Of a stretch of 64,000 nucleotides of DNA, positions 17,503 to 27,227 are shown piece after piece. The notes under the pieces are model-generated. The model was given only the letters and a program-made list of their open reading frames with translations, was not told the DNA's origin and made no database searches. The stretch is from Candidatus Vogelbacteria bacterium. GTDB lineage: Bacteria; Patescibacteriota; Minisyncoccia; Phycocordibacterales; XYD1-FULL-46-19. The stretch covers positions 30 to 64,029 of the forward strand of contig JACPIA010000003.1 of NCBI GenBank assembly GCA_016188295.1, given 5' to 3'. The translations under genes were made by a program, and so were the position numbers. Every line of letters begins with the position of its first letter. Position 1 is the first letter of the stretch.

Positions 17503-19809
17503 CTATGATTGAGGTATTTCTGGTGTAATCTCGATCTCACAAGTGCCACCAGCACAAGCTAGTTCGCGCTTATTTTCTGTTTCGTCAGTCATCTCATAAG
17601 AAATGATTTTAGAGAAGTCGATGCCCACCCATTGTTTAGACAATTCTTCGTATTGAGCTTTGGTAATCTCCTCGTAGGGGGCTAATTGATAGACGTGATT
17701 ATCGCGCGGTAAAAAAGAGAGCCCACCAATAATATCCCAGTGTTCATACAACCAATTAGCCACTTGGAGCCACTCGTCGTCACCAACTGACACCGTTACC
17801 GACGGATTATGTTCGGTGTAATTAGTTTTAACCATTTGCCAATATTCTAATTGTTGTAGCGCCGATAAATCATTTTTAAACACCGAACCCCCCGGCGCCT
17901 TGACCGGGAAATCAATCACATAAGTAGTCGCCGTTTCTGCATTTTGCCCCACTTCCGGATGATAGGGTACCCCTTGGTCTTTAAGCATTTTAAAAAGGGC
18001 ATCAGTCGAGGCAATGCGTACTCGACGGATGTAGTACGGTGCATGACGTGGATGCATCCCCGAGGAGCAGTCCACTGTCTGAGACAAATTGCCTGAAGGT
18101 TTGACACAAGTAATACAAGTCGAGGTATTTATTTTAAAGCGTTTAGCGTAAATTTCATTAACTCTAATCGACTCATCTCGGAGCTTACGGAGCACCGCCG
18201 GATCGCGCACCACCTCGGCATCCCATTGACCAGTGATTGACAAGCCCAGTAGACGCTCCGCTTCACAATTATCCTTCCAGCCCTTGGACAGATATTTAAA
18301 ATTAGTGAGAGTTGATTGGTAGGTCCCCAAGATCGTCGCTAATTTTACTTTATGCAACAAAGTTTTAAGCGTATCCTCTGGACGAGCTACCACTTCCGAT
18401 AAATTACAAAACTGTTTTGACTGGAGGATGATCTCGCCACAGGGATTAGTCCCTAAATTATCAATAACCCCCTTTAGGGCCTTAAGTCGTCGCTTAGGCA
18501 AAGTGGTCGCTAGACTACCACGATTAAAAATACCACGCTCACCGGAGCCACTGGCTACTAAGGCGGCCCACTCATCAAGAAACTCGGCCGCGGTGGGCTT
18601 ATTGTTATACACCGCCGAGTTATTAGCCAAACTTCGTTGTGGATCCGTTAGGTAAAATTGTCCCTTTTTAGCATCGCGAATACCTTCATCATCCAAATCC
18701 GAAAGTGAGATCATGGCACTGCGACGAACACCACCAGCTACTACAATCTCACCGATTTTACAAATCAAATCATGAGCATCTAAATTAGTTAAGCGCTTGC
18801 CTTGGCGACGTAACACTCGCTCGCGGGCAAAACGAAGCAGATCGCGAAGTGGATCAGGTCCTGACGATTTACCACCCATCGTTTGTAGCCGCGCCCCGGC
18901 CGGACGCAAGAGCGAGAAGTCAAAATCAACATCTTTACCGTCATACCACGTTTTAAGACCATGAGTTAAAGCATCGCACCAACCCCCTTTACTGTCGGCA
19001 ATAACGTGGGTTTTTAATTTAACACCGGTTTGACGTTTGATTACCGGTAATTGTTGAATATTAGCACTCTCGACCGACCAACCAGCACCAGTACCACACA
19101 TTGAGATATACATAATCTCGGCAAAATCCTCAAGTTGGCTGGGAGCAAGATAAGAGCAGTTGTAAGCGCAAACACTAGTAGCACGAGCCGCCTTACCGGC
19201 AAATTGAAGTAAACGCATGGAGGGCATCACCTGCTGTTTTAAAATCCCCTGGCGGATGTCCTCATACTCGGTGATTGTCAATTTGTTGCCTAAATTTTCT
19301 TTCATAAAATCAACATAGCGATCCACTGTCTCAATCCAGGTCTCACGACGATTCTCCGCTTCAATCCAACGCGAATAAGTCCGGTAATAAATAAACTCGC
19401 CCAGAGCATTGCGGAAATATTTTTGACTATCCTCGGCTAATTGGCGTACTTTGGCCGGAATATCGCCCTTTTGGCGCCGGAGCTCGGCCCGGCGCTCGCG
19501 GTATAAGATATAAGCCTTGGCTGTTGCTGCAAATTGATGGTGGACTAATTCCTGTTCGACAATATCTTGAATCTCCTCAACAGTCGGTAGGTAATCGGTG
19601 GTGGCTCGAATTTTGGAGAGTAGTGTCTTCTCTACCGACCCACCAACTCTAACCGCGTCCTTGTTGACCCCCTCGCCGGCGACACGCATCGCCTTCCAAA
19701 TTGCTTGTTCGATCTTGATTAAATCAAAATCAACTAAAGTGCCATCACGCTTCTTAATTTTAGTGAGAGAAAACGTCTTTTTCGAAGCTTTTTTGGCACT
19801 TTTGGGCAT
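17503..19809 (-). CDS. nrdJ: ribonucleotide reductase, class II (adenosylcobalamin-dependent NrdJ-like) with N-terminal ATP-cone
   Basis: ATP-cone (KRDGTLVDFDLIKIEQAIWKAM), active-site NPCGEI motif and a C-terminal Cys pair (CAGGTCEI). Confidence 0.55.
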   Translation of the reverse strand: MPKSAKKASKKTFSLTKIKKRDGTLVDFDLIKIEQAIWKAMRVAGEGVNKDAVRVGGSVEKTLLSKIRATTDYLPTVEEIQDIVEQELVHHQFAATAKAYILYRERRAELRRQKGDIPAKVRQLAEDSQKYFRNALGEFIYYRTYSRWIEAENRRETWIETVDRYVDFMKENLGNKLTITEYEDIRQGILKQQVMPSMRLLQFAGKAARATSVCAYNCSYLAPSQLEDFAEIMYISMCGTGAGWSVESANIQQLPVIKRQTGVKLKTHVIADSKGGWCDALTHGLKTWYDGKDVDFDFSLLRPAGARLQTMGGKSSGPDPLRDLLRFARERVLRRQGKRLTNLDAHDLICKIGEIVVAGGVRRSAMISLSDLDDEGIRDAKKGQFYLTDPQRSLANNSAVYNNKPTAAEFLDEWAALVASGSGERGIFNRGSLATTLPKRRLKALKGVIDNLGTNPCGEIILQSKQFCNLSEVVARPEDTLKTLLHKVKLATILGTYQSTLTNFKYLSKGWKDNCEAERLLGLSITGQWDAEVVRDPAVLRKLRDESIRVNEIYAKRFKINTSTCITCVKPSGNLSQTVDCSSGMHPRHAPYYIRRVRIASTDALFKMLKDQGVPYHPEVGQNAETATTYVIDFPVKAPGGSVFKNDLSALQQLEYWQMVKTNYTEHNPSVTVSVGDDEWLQVANWLYEHWDIIGGLSFLPRDNHVYQLAPYEEITKAQYEELSKQWVGIDFSKIISYEMTDETENKRELACAGGTCEIEITPEIPQS

Positions 19810-19900
19810 ATTTTAGCAAAAATTAATGATTAATGTTCACTTATTTTACACCCAAATTGATTTTGAGTAGCTATGGGGATAATTTTGGCAAACTAGGGCT

Positions 19901-20569
19901 CTACTGTTTAACCGCCACAATGGTCACCTCTACCGACACTTCATTTTTAATCACTTTATCACCCAAATTTTTGAAGAAAGTCTCTGAACCATACTTAATC
20001 TCCCACAAGGAGCGATCAAAGGAGAATTTAGCTTTAGCCGTAATCGTATTACCAGCGAGCGTAATAATCGCCGGAAAGGTAATCGGCTTAGTAATACCCT
20101 TGATCGTCAAATCACCGGTCACTACTGCCTCGGCCGTAGCTGGATCGCCCGCCTCAAGTTTAGTAATCATCAAGGTCGCGGTTGGATATTTGGCCACGTC
20201 AAAAAAATCAGCATTTTTTAGGTGGTCTTCTAGTTGCGTTTTACCAGCATTATCTTTAATCGTGTCTAAATCAATCGTAAACTGCCCGCCGGTGAGCGTA
20301 TTCTCCACCACATTAAACTGACCTTGACTCACCTTAACTGTGCCGGCCTCGCTGATTCCTCCCACAAAGCTCCCGATCCATTTAAAGGTGCTAGAGGCGG
20401 TATTAATTAAATAAGCCTCACCTTGATCCTCTGGTAAAGTTGTAACCGTGTTCTCACCAGTGGATACACCATCAGTTGGCACCACCACCGGCGTTTTGCT
20501 AGCCCACCACAAACCACCAATCACGATAATAATCAAAACAATTGTCCCGATAATTAAATCTTTATTCAT
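19901..20569 (-). CDS. YceI-like family periplasmic protein
   Basis: N-terminal TM/signal, then a beta-barrel YceI-like pattern (KWIGSFVGG...GDLTIKGITKPITF). Confidence 0.5.
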   Translation of the reverse strand: MNKDLIIGTIVLIIIVIGGLWWASKTPVVVPTDGVSTGENTVTTLPEDQGEAYLINTASSTFKWIGSFVGGISEAGTVKVSQGQFNVVENTLTGGQFTIDLDTIKDNAGKTQLEDHLKNADFFDVAKYPTATLMITKLEAGDPATAEAVVTGDLTIKGITKPITFPAIITLAGNTITAKAKFSFDRSLWEIKYGSETFFKNLGDKVIKNEVSVEVTIVAVKQ

Positions 20570-20628
20570 ATGTCGCTAGTTTAGCATAGTGATGCTGAGG
20601 TGAAAATTAACATGAGGGGTCATTGTCT

Positions 20629-20826
20629 TTATAGGTTTTTTATTTTAATTCCTGCCTCCTCTAACACCTCTCGCTTGGCCGTATTTTCAAATGACTCCCC
20701 ATACTCCAAATGCCCACCGGGTACGGACCAACTACCGGACCTGTGTGAATTAGCTCGTTTAAGCATTAAAAATTTACCTTCTTTAAAAATAAAAACCCCG
20801 ACCCCAACTCTCGTCTGTTTTTCCAT
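20629..20826 (-). pseudogene. NUDIX hydrolase, truncated (N-terminal 65 aa only)
   Basis: Intact Nudix box GGHLEYGESFENTAKREVLEEAGI, but the ORF stops about 20 aa after it. Normal Nudix proteins are 130 aa or longer. Confidence 0.5.
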
Positions 20827-20874
20827 AACTCTATAATAACGGTTTTACCATTTTTTCCTAAAAGCGTAATCAAT

Positions 20875-20914
20875 GTGGTCTCTATTTTCTACGACCGTAG
20901 AAAATAGAGACCAC
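20875..20914. repeat. perfect palindrome (19-bp arms, 2-nt spacer)
   Basis: GTGGTCTCTATTTTCTACG ac CGTAGAAAATAGAGACCAC, between two gene fragments. Confidence 0.8.
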
Positions 20915-21114
20915 TTAAAATTCTCTCTCTTGCCCGAGTTCTAAATAGACAAACTCAATCCCCGCTTGTGGTAAAAAGATCTCGGGCAAGCGTTTGGTTA
21001 TGCCAATGGCTTTAACGAGTCCGCCGTCGTGGACGGGGAAAGCGACGCGCGGTTTAACTTCCAGCGCATACTCCACCACCAAGCAACAGTGCCCCAGTTT
21101 AGTTATTTTAACAT
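20915..21114 (-). pseudogene. MBL-fold metal-dependent hydrolase remnant (N-terminal beta-strand plus C-terminal segment, middle missing)
   Basis: Translates to MLKITKLGHCCLVVEYALEVKPRVAFPVHDGGLVKAIGITKRLPEIFLPQAGIEFVYLELGQEREF. The MKITxLGHSC start is typical of UPF0173/MBL hydrolases, which are normally about 220 aa. Confidence 0.4.
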
Positions 21115-21125
21115 AGATCTAATTA

Positions 21126-21713
21126 TCAAGGCGTTGCCTTGATAATTAGATACCGAAAGCAGGTGACCTCATGATCATTAACTAAGCCAACCGCCTGCAT
21201 CAAGGCATAGCAGATAGTGGGGCCGACAAATTTAAAGCCACGTTTTAGCAAATCTCTACTCATCGCCACGGACTCTTTAGTGGTAATGGGGATGTCGGTT
21301 AAGGATTTAATTTTATGATTAATCGGCTTACCGCCGACAAACTGCCAAATGTACCGGTCAAAAGAGCCAAACTCCTTTTGCACCTTTAAAAAGGCTTGGG
21401 CGTTTTTGATAGTAGCAACAATTTTTAGACGATTGCGGATAATGCCGGGGTCGACCAAGAGCCGTTTAACGTCCTTGGCGTCATAAGAGGCTATTTTCTT
21501 TACATTAAAATTAGCAAAAGCTTTACGATAGATCTGACGCTTATTGAGCACTGTTTGCCAGGTAAGTCCAGCTTGTGCACCTTCTAAAATCAAAAATTCA
21601 AACAGCGTTCGGTCGTCGTGGACCGGTACGCCCCACTCCTTATCGTGATAGGCGACCATTAGTGGGTTGCTTCCGCACCACTGACAGCGATATAGCCCAG
21701 ATTTTTTAGCCAT
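21126..21713 (-). CDS. tag: DNA-3-methyladenine glycosylase I (Tag)
   Basis: RCQWCGSNPLMVAYHDKEWGVPVHDD zinc-binding N-terminus and an HhH-GPD-like fold, 195 aa. Confidence 0.85.
   Translation of the reverse strand: MAKKSGLYRCQWCGSNPLMVAYHDKEWGVPVHDDRTLFEFLILEGAQAGLTWQTVLNKRQIYRKAFANFNVKKIASYDAKDVKRLLVDPGIIRNRLKIVATIKNAQAFLKVQKEFGSFDRYIWQFVGGKPINHKIKSLTDIPITTKESVAMSRDLLKRGFKFVGPTICYALMQAVGLVNDHEVTCFRYLIIKATP
21128..21152. repeat. REP-like palindrome variant (atcaaggcgttgccttgat), overlaps the tag stop
   Basis: Core caaggc-N3-gccttg is shared with the REP family at 21730, 34596 and 35011. Confidence 0.4.
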
Positions 21714-21729
21714 TATTTTTTTAAATACC

Positions 21730-21756
21730 CACTGTCAAGGCGAGGCCTTGACAGTG
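21730..21756. repeat. REP-like palindromic element (cactgtcaaggc gag gccttgacagtg)
   Basis: 12-bp arms with a 3-nt spacer. Same family as the elements flanking the RAYT gene at 34.6-35.1 kb. Confidence 0.7.
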
Positions 21757-21787
21757 CTTCTAGTCGACTTCACTAAAGTTTCAATTT

Positions 21788-21875
21788 TGGCGGAGGGTGA
21801 GGGATTTGAACCCTCGATGCCTTTCGGCATACACGCTTTCCAAGCGTGCGCACTAGACCGCTATGCGAACCCTCC
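21788..21875 (-). tRNA. tRNA-Ser (anticodon GGA), CCA encoded
   Basis: Reverse complement GGAGGGTTCGCATAGCGGTCTAGTGCG...ttGGAaa...long variable arm ATGCCGAAAGGCATC...GGTTCAAATCC...CCGCCA. Confidence 0.85.
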
Positions 21876-21918
21876 AGTCTATCGCATAGTGCCTTAATAT
21901 TTGGTTTTTTTCAAGTTA

Positions 21919-22806
21919 TTACAAACTCATCTCGCGGAGGAGACGGATGCGCTCAGCGACAGGTGGATGGGTGGCGAGGAGCCCGGTAAAACGCTTGGTC
22001 GCCCCGCCGAAAGGGTTAGCGATGTATAAGTGTGCCGTGGCACTATTAGCCGTTTTGAGTGGCACAACGCTGACACTGATTTTCTCTAAGGCACTCGCCA
22101 ATCCCTCGGGGTAACGTGTAAGGAGCGCACCAGTGGCATCGGCTAAGTACTCTCGCCGGCGTGAGATCGCTAAATGGAGCAGTGAAGCGACAAGCGGTGC
22201 CAAAAGCCCGGCGATAAATACCCCAAGCATCAGGAGGCCGCCGGCGCGACTATCGCGATTACTTCGACCATGCAAACCACTGCGTAAAATCATATCACTG
22301 GCAATAGAGACAAAACCCACCAACACCACTGCCGCGGTAGAGAGCAACATATCACGATTACCGATATGGGCAAGCTCATGAGCAATAACGCCCTCAAGTT
22401 CATTGCGCTCTAAACACGCTAATAAGCCAGTAGTTACGGCTACGGCCGAGTGCTTTCTGTCACGCCCAGTGGCAAAAGCATTGAGGGCCATATCCTCAAT
22501 CACATACAGTTTAGGCATCGGAAGTCCAGCGGCGATAGATAAATTCTCGGTTACAGTATAAAGATCAAAAAATCCACTTCGCATCGCCGGTTTGGCCCGC
22601 GCCATTTTTAAGACCAACTTGTCGGACCACCAATAGCCGGCTACATTCATGACGAGCGAGAAAATCACCGCCACGTAAAGCACATTAGGTGAATCAAAAT
22701 AAACACTCAAGAGCCAGCCCACACCGATCACTACCACCACGAAAACACCAAACAACGCCCAAGTCTTGGCGTTGTTACTCGCCTGATGAGTATAAAGCGT
22801 CGCCAT
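21919..22806 (-). CDS. htpX: zinc metalloprotease HtpX (M48 family)
   Basis: HELAHIGNRD zinc-binding motif and 4 TM helices. Confidence 0.85.
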   Translation of the reverse strand: MATLYTHQASNNAKTWALFGVFVVVVIGVGWLLSVYFDSPNVLYVAVIFSLVMNVAGYWWSDKLVLKMARAKPAMRSGFFDLYTVTENLSIAAGLPMPKLYVIEDMALNAFATGRDRKHSAVAVTTGLLACLERNELEGVIAHELAHIGNRDMLLSTAAVVLVGFVSIASDMILRSGLHGRSNRDSRAGGLLMLGVFIAGLLAPLVASLLHLAISRRREYLADATGALLTRYPEGLASALEKISVSVVPLKTANSATAHLYIANPFGGATKRFTGLLATHPPVAERIRLLREMSL

Positions 22807-22817
22807 AGATTACAAAA

Positions 22818-23372
22818 TTAAAACGAGACTGGTACCGGATTTTTAGCCACCGCCTCCTCGAGCTCAAAAAAGTCGCTGACTTTAAAACCAAATATCCCGG
22901 CAATAAGATTGGAGGGGAAAGAGCCCACCAGCACATTTAAGTCCCGGACATTGCCATTGTAAAAGCGACGCGCCGCTTGGATCTTATTCTCGGTATCAGC
23001 GAGCTCGCGCTGGAGCTCTAAAAAGTTTTGATTTGCTTTCAAATCTGGGTAGGCCTCGGCCACCGCAAACAGACTTTTAAGCGCGCCAGTTAGCATGTTC
23101 TCGGCCTCACCATGCTCGACCACACTGCCAGCCGAGAGCGCTTTGGCCCGAGCAGTGGTCACGCGATCAAAAGTCTCGCGCTCGTGGGTGGCATAACTCT
23201 TAACCGTCTCCACCAAGTTAGGGATCAGATCGTAACGGCGCTTAAGTTGCACGTCGATATCAGCCCAAGCTTCTTTAACCCGTATTGTTAAAGCCACAAA
23301 TCGATTATAAACAAAAACAATGATAATTAATAAAAAGACAATTATTCCTAATACAATATAGAGTGTAGACAT
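22818..23372 (-). CDS. lemA: LemA family protein
   Basis: N-terminal TM plus the LemA pattern (WADIDVQLKRRYDLIPNLVETVK...NFLELQRELADTENKI). Confidence 0.8.
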   Translation of the reverse strand: MSTLYIVLGIIVFLLIIIVFVYNRFVALTIRVKEAWADIDVQLKRRYDLIPNLVETVKSYATHERETFDRVTTARAKALSAGSVVEHGEAENMLTGALKSLFAVAEAYPDLKANQNFLELQRELADTENKIQAARRFYNGNVRDLNVLVGSFPSNLIAGIFGFKVSDFFELEEAVAKNPVPVSF

Positions 23373-23399
23373 AGTAAGATTAATTATACCACCTGCCCA

Positions 23400-25040
23400 C
23401 TAGTAATCCATCTCGGGTACCCCATGTTTATGTTCCTCTTTTTTAGGTTCATCCACAATCGCCACCTCAGTCGTGAGGAGAATAGCCGCCGCGCTGGCCG
23501 CTCGCTCAAGACCGGTGCGTGTTACTTTAACCGGATCAATAATCCCGGCAACATACATATCAGCCACAATCTCATCAGCATTGGCATCATAACCCTCATT
23601 GCCCTTACCGATTTTAACTTTATCCACAATTACCGCACCATCATCTTTACCAGCGTTAATCGCAATTTGACGCAAGGGGGCATCGAGAGCTTTCAATAAA
23701 ATCTGGACACCAACCTCAAACTCGGCGGTCACATCATTAGATGGTGGGACAATTTTTTTACTGGCCACTTTAGCACCCGCTCTTACTAACGCCGTACCAC
23801 CACCGGGCACAATCCCCTCCGCCACCGCCGCTTTAGTCGCTTTGACTGCATCCTCAATTTTTAATTTTTTATACTTCATCTCCGACTCGGTCGAAGCACC
23901 GACTTTAATTACCGCCACACCGCCAGAGAGCTTGCTCAAACGCTCCACTAACTTTTCTTTATCGTAACTTGATTCGGTATTTTCAATCTGTCCGCGTAAT
24001 TGGGCAATCCGCTTATCTATCTCTCCTTTCTTCCCTTTACCACCCACAATCGTAGTTGAGTCTTTAGTGGCAATTATTTTACGGGCCCGGCCGAGCATTC
24101 CCACCTCCACATTCTCCAACTTTAATCCTAAACTTTCGGTCACCACTTGACCGCCAGTTAAAATAGCAATGTCCTCCAGCATCTCCTTACGCCGATCACC
24201 AAAACCCGGTGCTTTAATCGCTAGAGCACTAAAAGCACCGCGCAGTTTATTAACAATCAAAGTGGCCAAAGCCTCACCATCCACATCCTCGGCAATAATC
24301 ACCAATTCTTTTTTACCGGCCCCCGCCATCTTTTCCAACAACGGCAAAATCTCTTTGATGGATGAAATCTTTTTGTCGGTAATTAAAATGTGCGCATCAC
24401 CATACTCGGCCTCCATCCGCTCATTGTCGGTAATTAAGTAGGGCGAGGCATAACCTTTATCAAATTGCATCCCCTCCACAAACTCCGACTCGACGGCAAA
24501 AGTTTGCGACTCCTCCACTGTCACCACACCATCCTTACCCACCTGATCAATGGCCGCGGCAATAATCTCGCCAAACTCGGCTGACTCGGCGGAGATCGTC
24601 GCCACTTGGGTAATCTCTTGTTTATTTTTAATCGGCTTAGCCATCGCTTGTAGCGCTTTAACCACCTCGGCCGCCGCGGCCTCAATGCCCAGTTTTACCC
24701 CCATGGCATTTACGCCCAAAGTGGTCTTTTTAAAACCCTCCTCAATTAACGCTTGAGTTAAAACCACCGCGGTGGTGGTACCGTCACCGGCCACCTCATC
24801 TGTTTTACTAGCCACCTCTTTAATAATCTCGGCGCCCATGTTTTCGAGGCGATTAGTTAAGGTAATTTCTTTAGCAATGGAGACGCCGTCATTGGTGATC
24901 ATCGGCGTACCAAAGCTTTTGTCGAGGACCACATTGCGCCCCTTCGGACCGATAGTCACTCGCACGACACTAGCTACCGCGTCAATACCACGTTTTAAAC
25001 CCAATCGGGCCGCCTCATTAAAAATAATTTGTTTTGCCAT
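23400..25040 (-). CDS. groL: chaperonin GroEL (Cpn60)
   Basis: [23 protein letters not shown]...[17 protein letters not shown] and a Gly/Met-like C-terminus. Confidence 0.95.
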   Translation of the reverse strand: MAKQIIFNEAARLGLKRGIDAVASVVRVTIGPKGRNVVLDKSFGTPMITNDGVSIAKEITLTNRLENMGAEIIKEVASKTDEVAGDGTTTAVVLTQALIEEGFKKTTLGVNAMGVKLGIEAAAAEVVKALQAMAKPIKNKQEITQVATISAESAEFGEIIAAAIDQVGKDGVVTVEESQTFAVESEFVEGMQFDKGYASPYLITDNERMEAEYGDAHILITDKKISSIKEILPLLEKMAGAGKKELVIIAEDVDGEALATLIVNKLRGAFSALAIKAPGFGDRRKEMLEDIAILTGGQVVTESLGLKLENVEVGMLGRARKIIATKDSTTIVGGKGKKGEIDKRIAQLRGQIENTESSYDKEKLVERLSKLSGGVAVIKVGASTESEMKYKKLKIEDAVKATKAAVAEGIVPGGGTALVRAGAKVASKKIVPPSNDVTAEFEVGVQILLKALDAPLRQIAINAGKDDGAVIVDKVKIGKGNEGYDANADEIVADMYVAGIIDPVKVTRTGLERAASAAAILLTTEVAIVDEPKKEEHKHGVPEMDY

Positions 25041-25058
25041 AATTTTACTCGGTAATAA

Positions 25059-25361
25059 TTACTCGATAATCGCTAAAATATTCGACTCGCTGATGATCAA
25101 ATACTCCTGATCGCCCACCTTGACCTCGTCAGGACCATACTTAGAGAATAAAACTGTCTGGCCTTTTTTGACTTTAATTGGGACGAGCCGGCCATCATCA
25201 GCCACCTTGCCCTCGCCGACAGCGATCACCAAACCCTGTTCCGGTCGCTCTTTACTTGCCGTCTCGGGGATATACAAACCACTTTTGGTTTTAGAATCCT
25301 CTTTTGAGGGCGCCACCAGCACTTTATCGCCTAATGGCTTAATTTTGATAGTATTTTTCAT
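25059..25361 (-). CDS. groS: co-chaperonin GroES (Cpn10)
   Basis: IKPLGDKVLV...SGLYIPETA...GEGK pattern, 100 aa, directly upstream of groL. Confidence 0.9.
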   Translation of the reverse strand: MKNTIKIKPLGDKVLVAPSKEDSKTKSGLYIPETASKERPEQGLVIAVGEGKVADDGRLVPIKVKKGQTVLFSKYGPDEVKVGDQEYLIISESNILAIIE

Positions 25362-25370
25362 AGCACTACT

Positions 25371-25398
25371 ATTATAGACAGAAAAAACTGTTTGTCAA
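25371..25398 (-). promoter_or_regulatory. candidate sigma70-type promoter for groES-groEL (TTGACA-16-TATAAT on the minus strand)
   Basis: Minus-strand reading tttGACAaacagttttttctgtcTATAATag. The -10 lies at 25371-25376 and the -35 at 25393-25398. No CIRCE inverted repeat found. Confidence 0.55.
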
Positions 25399-25435
25399 AA
25401 AATAAAATCCCCTGGATCAACAAGGATCCAGGAGA
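25396..25435 (-). terminator. rho-independent terminator for the upstream minus-strand gene
   Basis: Hairpin TCCCCTGGATCaacaaGGATCCAGGAGA followed on the minus strand by a T-run (plus strand AAAAAATAAAAT). Confidence 0.5.
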
Positions 25436-25461
25436 TGAAGGATTGAGAACTCTTAAACGAT

Positions 25462-26163
25462 TTACCGCTTGGACGCTCCAACCAGTCGCTTCTGATTTGC
25501 GACATGATTAGGGAGGACAACACGATGACAACAACAACCTTCGGTATTCAAGGTAACATCAATAGAAAAAGGACTAAGGCCATCAAAACCTAATATTGAC
25601 TGGCCGTCATCACGCAAAGATACACAGGCAGCGGAGAACTGATTGCCAGTTCTAAAAAAGAAGACCGTGTAATAATCCCTACTAAGCCAATCGCGATGAT
25701 CCAGACAAAACTGAATAATCTTATCCTCCGGAAGGACAAAATCATCTAATGTACCACCAGACAGACTCTCGATTATTTGTCTATAAGTGACATTTGGACG
25801 CATTTCCCGTACTGCGACTGCTATTGGCGGACTAGTGTCACGACAGGCACCAGTATTGAGTTCTGAGAAGACTGAATCGATGAAAGCAAACACGTCACGT
25901 GCTTCGGCTAGTGTTCGACTGCCATCTGTTTCGGCGATAATCAAGTTCTCACCACCGGGCAATCGTCGTAGGTATCTATCTTGATAGGCCTGACCGACAG
26001 CCAAAAATGCGACCCTGACCACTTCTCTACCCTTACCTGTCGTCAACCACTCTACAATGGCCGGACTGACACCAAGATCAGTCATGGTGTTGCGGAAGAG
26101 GACGACCAATTCTTGACACACTGCCGCCAGTTTGGTTAGCGCTTTCCAGTCTTCCATTTCCAA
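25462..26163 (-). CDS. hypothetical protein (paralog 1 of a tandem pair)
   Basis: 233 aa. Shares blocks with 26451-27131 (ETDGSRTLAEARDVFAFID vs PTDGTETLAKAKDLFVWID, YYTVFFFRTGNQFSAACVSLRDDG vs YATLFLFKQGEEFFIAYVDLDDDG, RVVLP). Confidence 0.55.
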   Translation of the reverse strand: MEMEDWKALTKLAAVCQELVVLFRNTMTDLGVSPAIVEWLTTGKGREVVRVAFLAVGQAYQDRYLRRLPGGENLIIAETDGSRTLAEARDVFAFIDSVFSELNTGACRDTSPPIAVAVREMRPNVTYRQIIESLSGGTLDDFVLPEDKIIQFCLDHRDWLSRDYYTVFFFRTGNQFSAACVSLRDDGQSILGFDGLSPFSIDVTLNTEGCCCHRVVLPNHVANQKRLVGASKR

Positions 26164-26450
26164 GGTCCTTTCTATGAGCTACAGCCACTCATCCCGCCAC
26201 TAGGCGCGACCCTAAGCCATAGCGTTTATCTACTACCAGTATACACTTAAAGCAAATTAAGTCAATGGTTTGTGGTAATGTGCACACACATTACCAAGTT
26301 GCCTCAACGCTGGCTTTGTAAATATGACGGGGTTTAGGATCATTGATTGAAAAGGCGTAATAGTAGTATACAAAAAAGTCTCTCAAATCCATAAGTATAA
26401 GGATGAGAGAGACTAAGGGTTGAGGAAGAACAAATTGAGAGTAAGAGAGA

Positions 26451-27131
26451 TTAAGCAGCCAGTTGTGGGAGGACAACGCGAGGCCGGTAGACCGCGTACC
26501 AGACACTGTCGTTCGAAAAACGGTAAACGTCCACCCGCAGCCCGCCGTCGTCGTCCAGGTCCACGTAGGCGATGAAGAATTCTTCTCCCTGTTTAAAGAG
26601 GAAGAGGGTAGCATATTCACTGGTACGTAACCACCCCCCATATTTCTGTACAAACTGCTTGATTTGGTGCTGGGTCAAACAGAGCTGATCCAAGTTACCA
26701 CCAACACTGTTAAAGAATTGGTTAAACCGACCGTTCTTGACTAACTCATGCACTTGGACCTTCGTGGCAGGAGTGGCCGTCGCTGGTAGACCCAAACCCC
26801 AACTGGTAAAGCAATCATCGATCCAAACAAACAGATCTTTGGCTTTGGCCAAGGTTTCGGTACCGTCAGTCGGGTCGAGAGTAATTTCCTCTTTGCCCGA
26901 AATGAGCTTGAGAAAACCATTGGCCTCGCGGTATTTGACCACAAACACTTCCGTTACCTCGGCCAGAACCTTGCGACCTTCGTCAGTGTTAGTCCAGTAG
27001 AGAATGTTTTCATCCATCCCAAGCTTTGCGAGCGTTTTGCCAATGACCACCAGCGACTCGCTCAACACCGCGCCAAACAAACCAAACAATTTTTCCATGA
27101 CCAGTCTCCTGGTTGTGCTTCTGTCCCTCAC
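26451..27131 (-). CDS. hypothetical protein (paralog 2 of a tandem pair)
   Basis: 226 aa, paralogous to 25462-26163. The probable true start is the internal MEKLFG. The P2 palindrome lies about 100 bp upstream. Confidence 0.55.
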   Translation of the reverse strand: MRDRSTTRRLVMEKLFGLFGAVLSESLVVIGKTLAKLGMDENILYWTNTDEGRKVLAEVTEVFVVKYREANGFLKLISGKEEITLDPTDGTETLAKAKDLFVWIDDCFTSWGLGLPATATPATKVQVHELVKNGRFNQFFNSVGGNLDQLCLTQHQIKQFVQKYGGWLRTSEYATLFLFKQGEEFFIAYVDLDDDGGLRVDVYRFSNDSVWYAVYRPRVVLPQLAA

Positions 27132-27227
27132 CCTGTCACATAACAGAGCCCCAGACAGTTGCTTTTTACCCTTATTTTCAAGGGTCTACTCTACCCTTTA
27201 CTATACACCTATTACCAATTTTAGTCA

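Noticed and set aside
25362-25460. Looked for a CIRCE (TTAGCACTC-N9-GAGTGCTAA) HrcA operator upstream of groES.
   Set aside because: Only a partial AGCACT is present. The region instead holds a sigma70-like promoter and the terminator of the upstream gene.
26291-26653. 120-aa minus-strand ORF spanning the spacer between the two paralogous genes.
   Set aside because: Low-complexity translation overlapping the start of the 226-aa gene and the intergenic inverted repeats. Unlikely to be coding.
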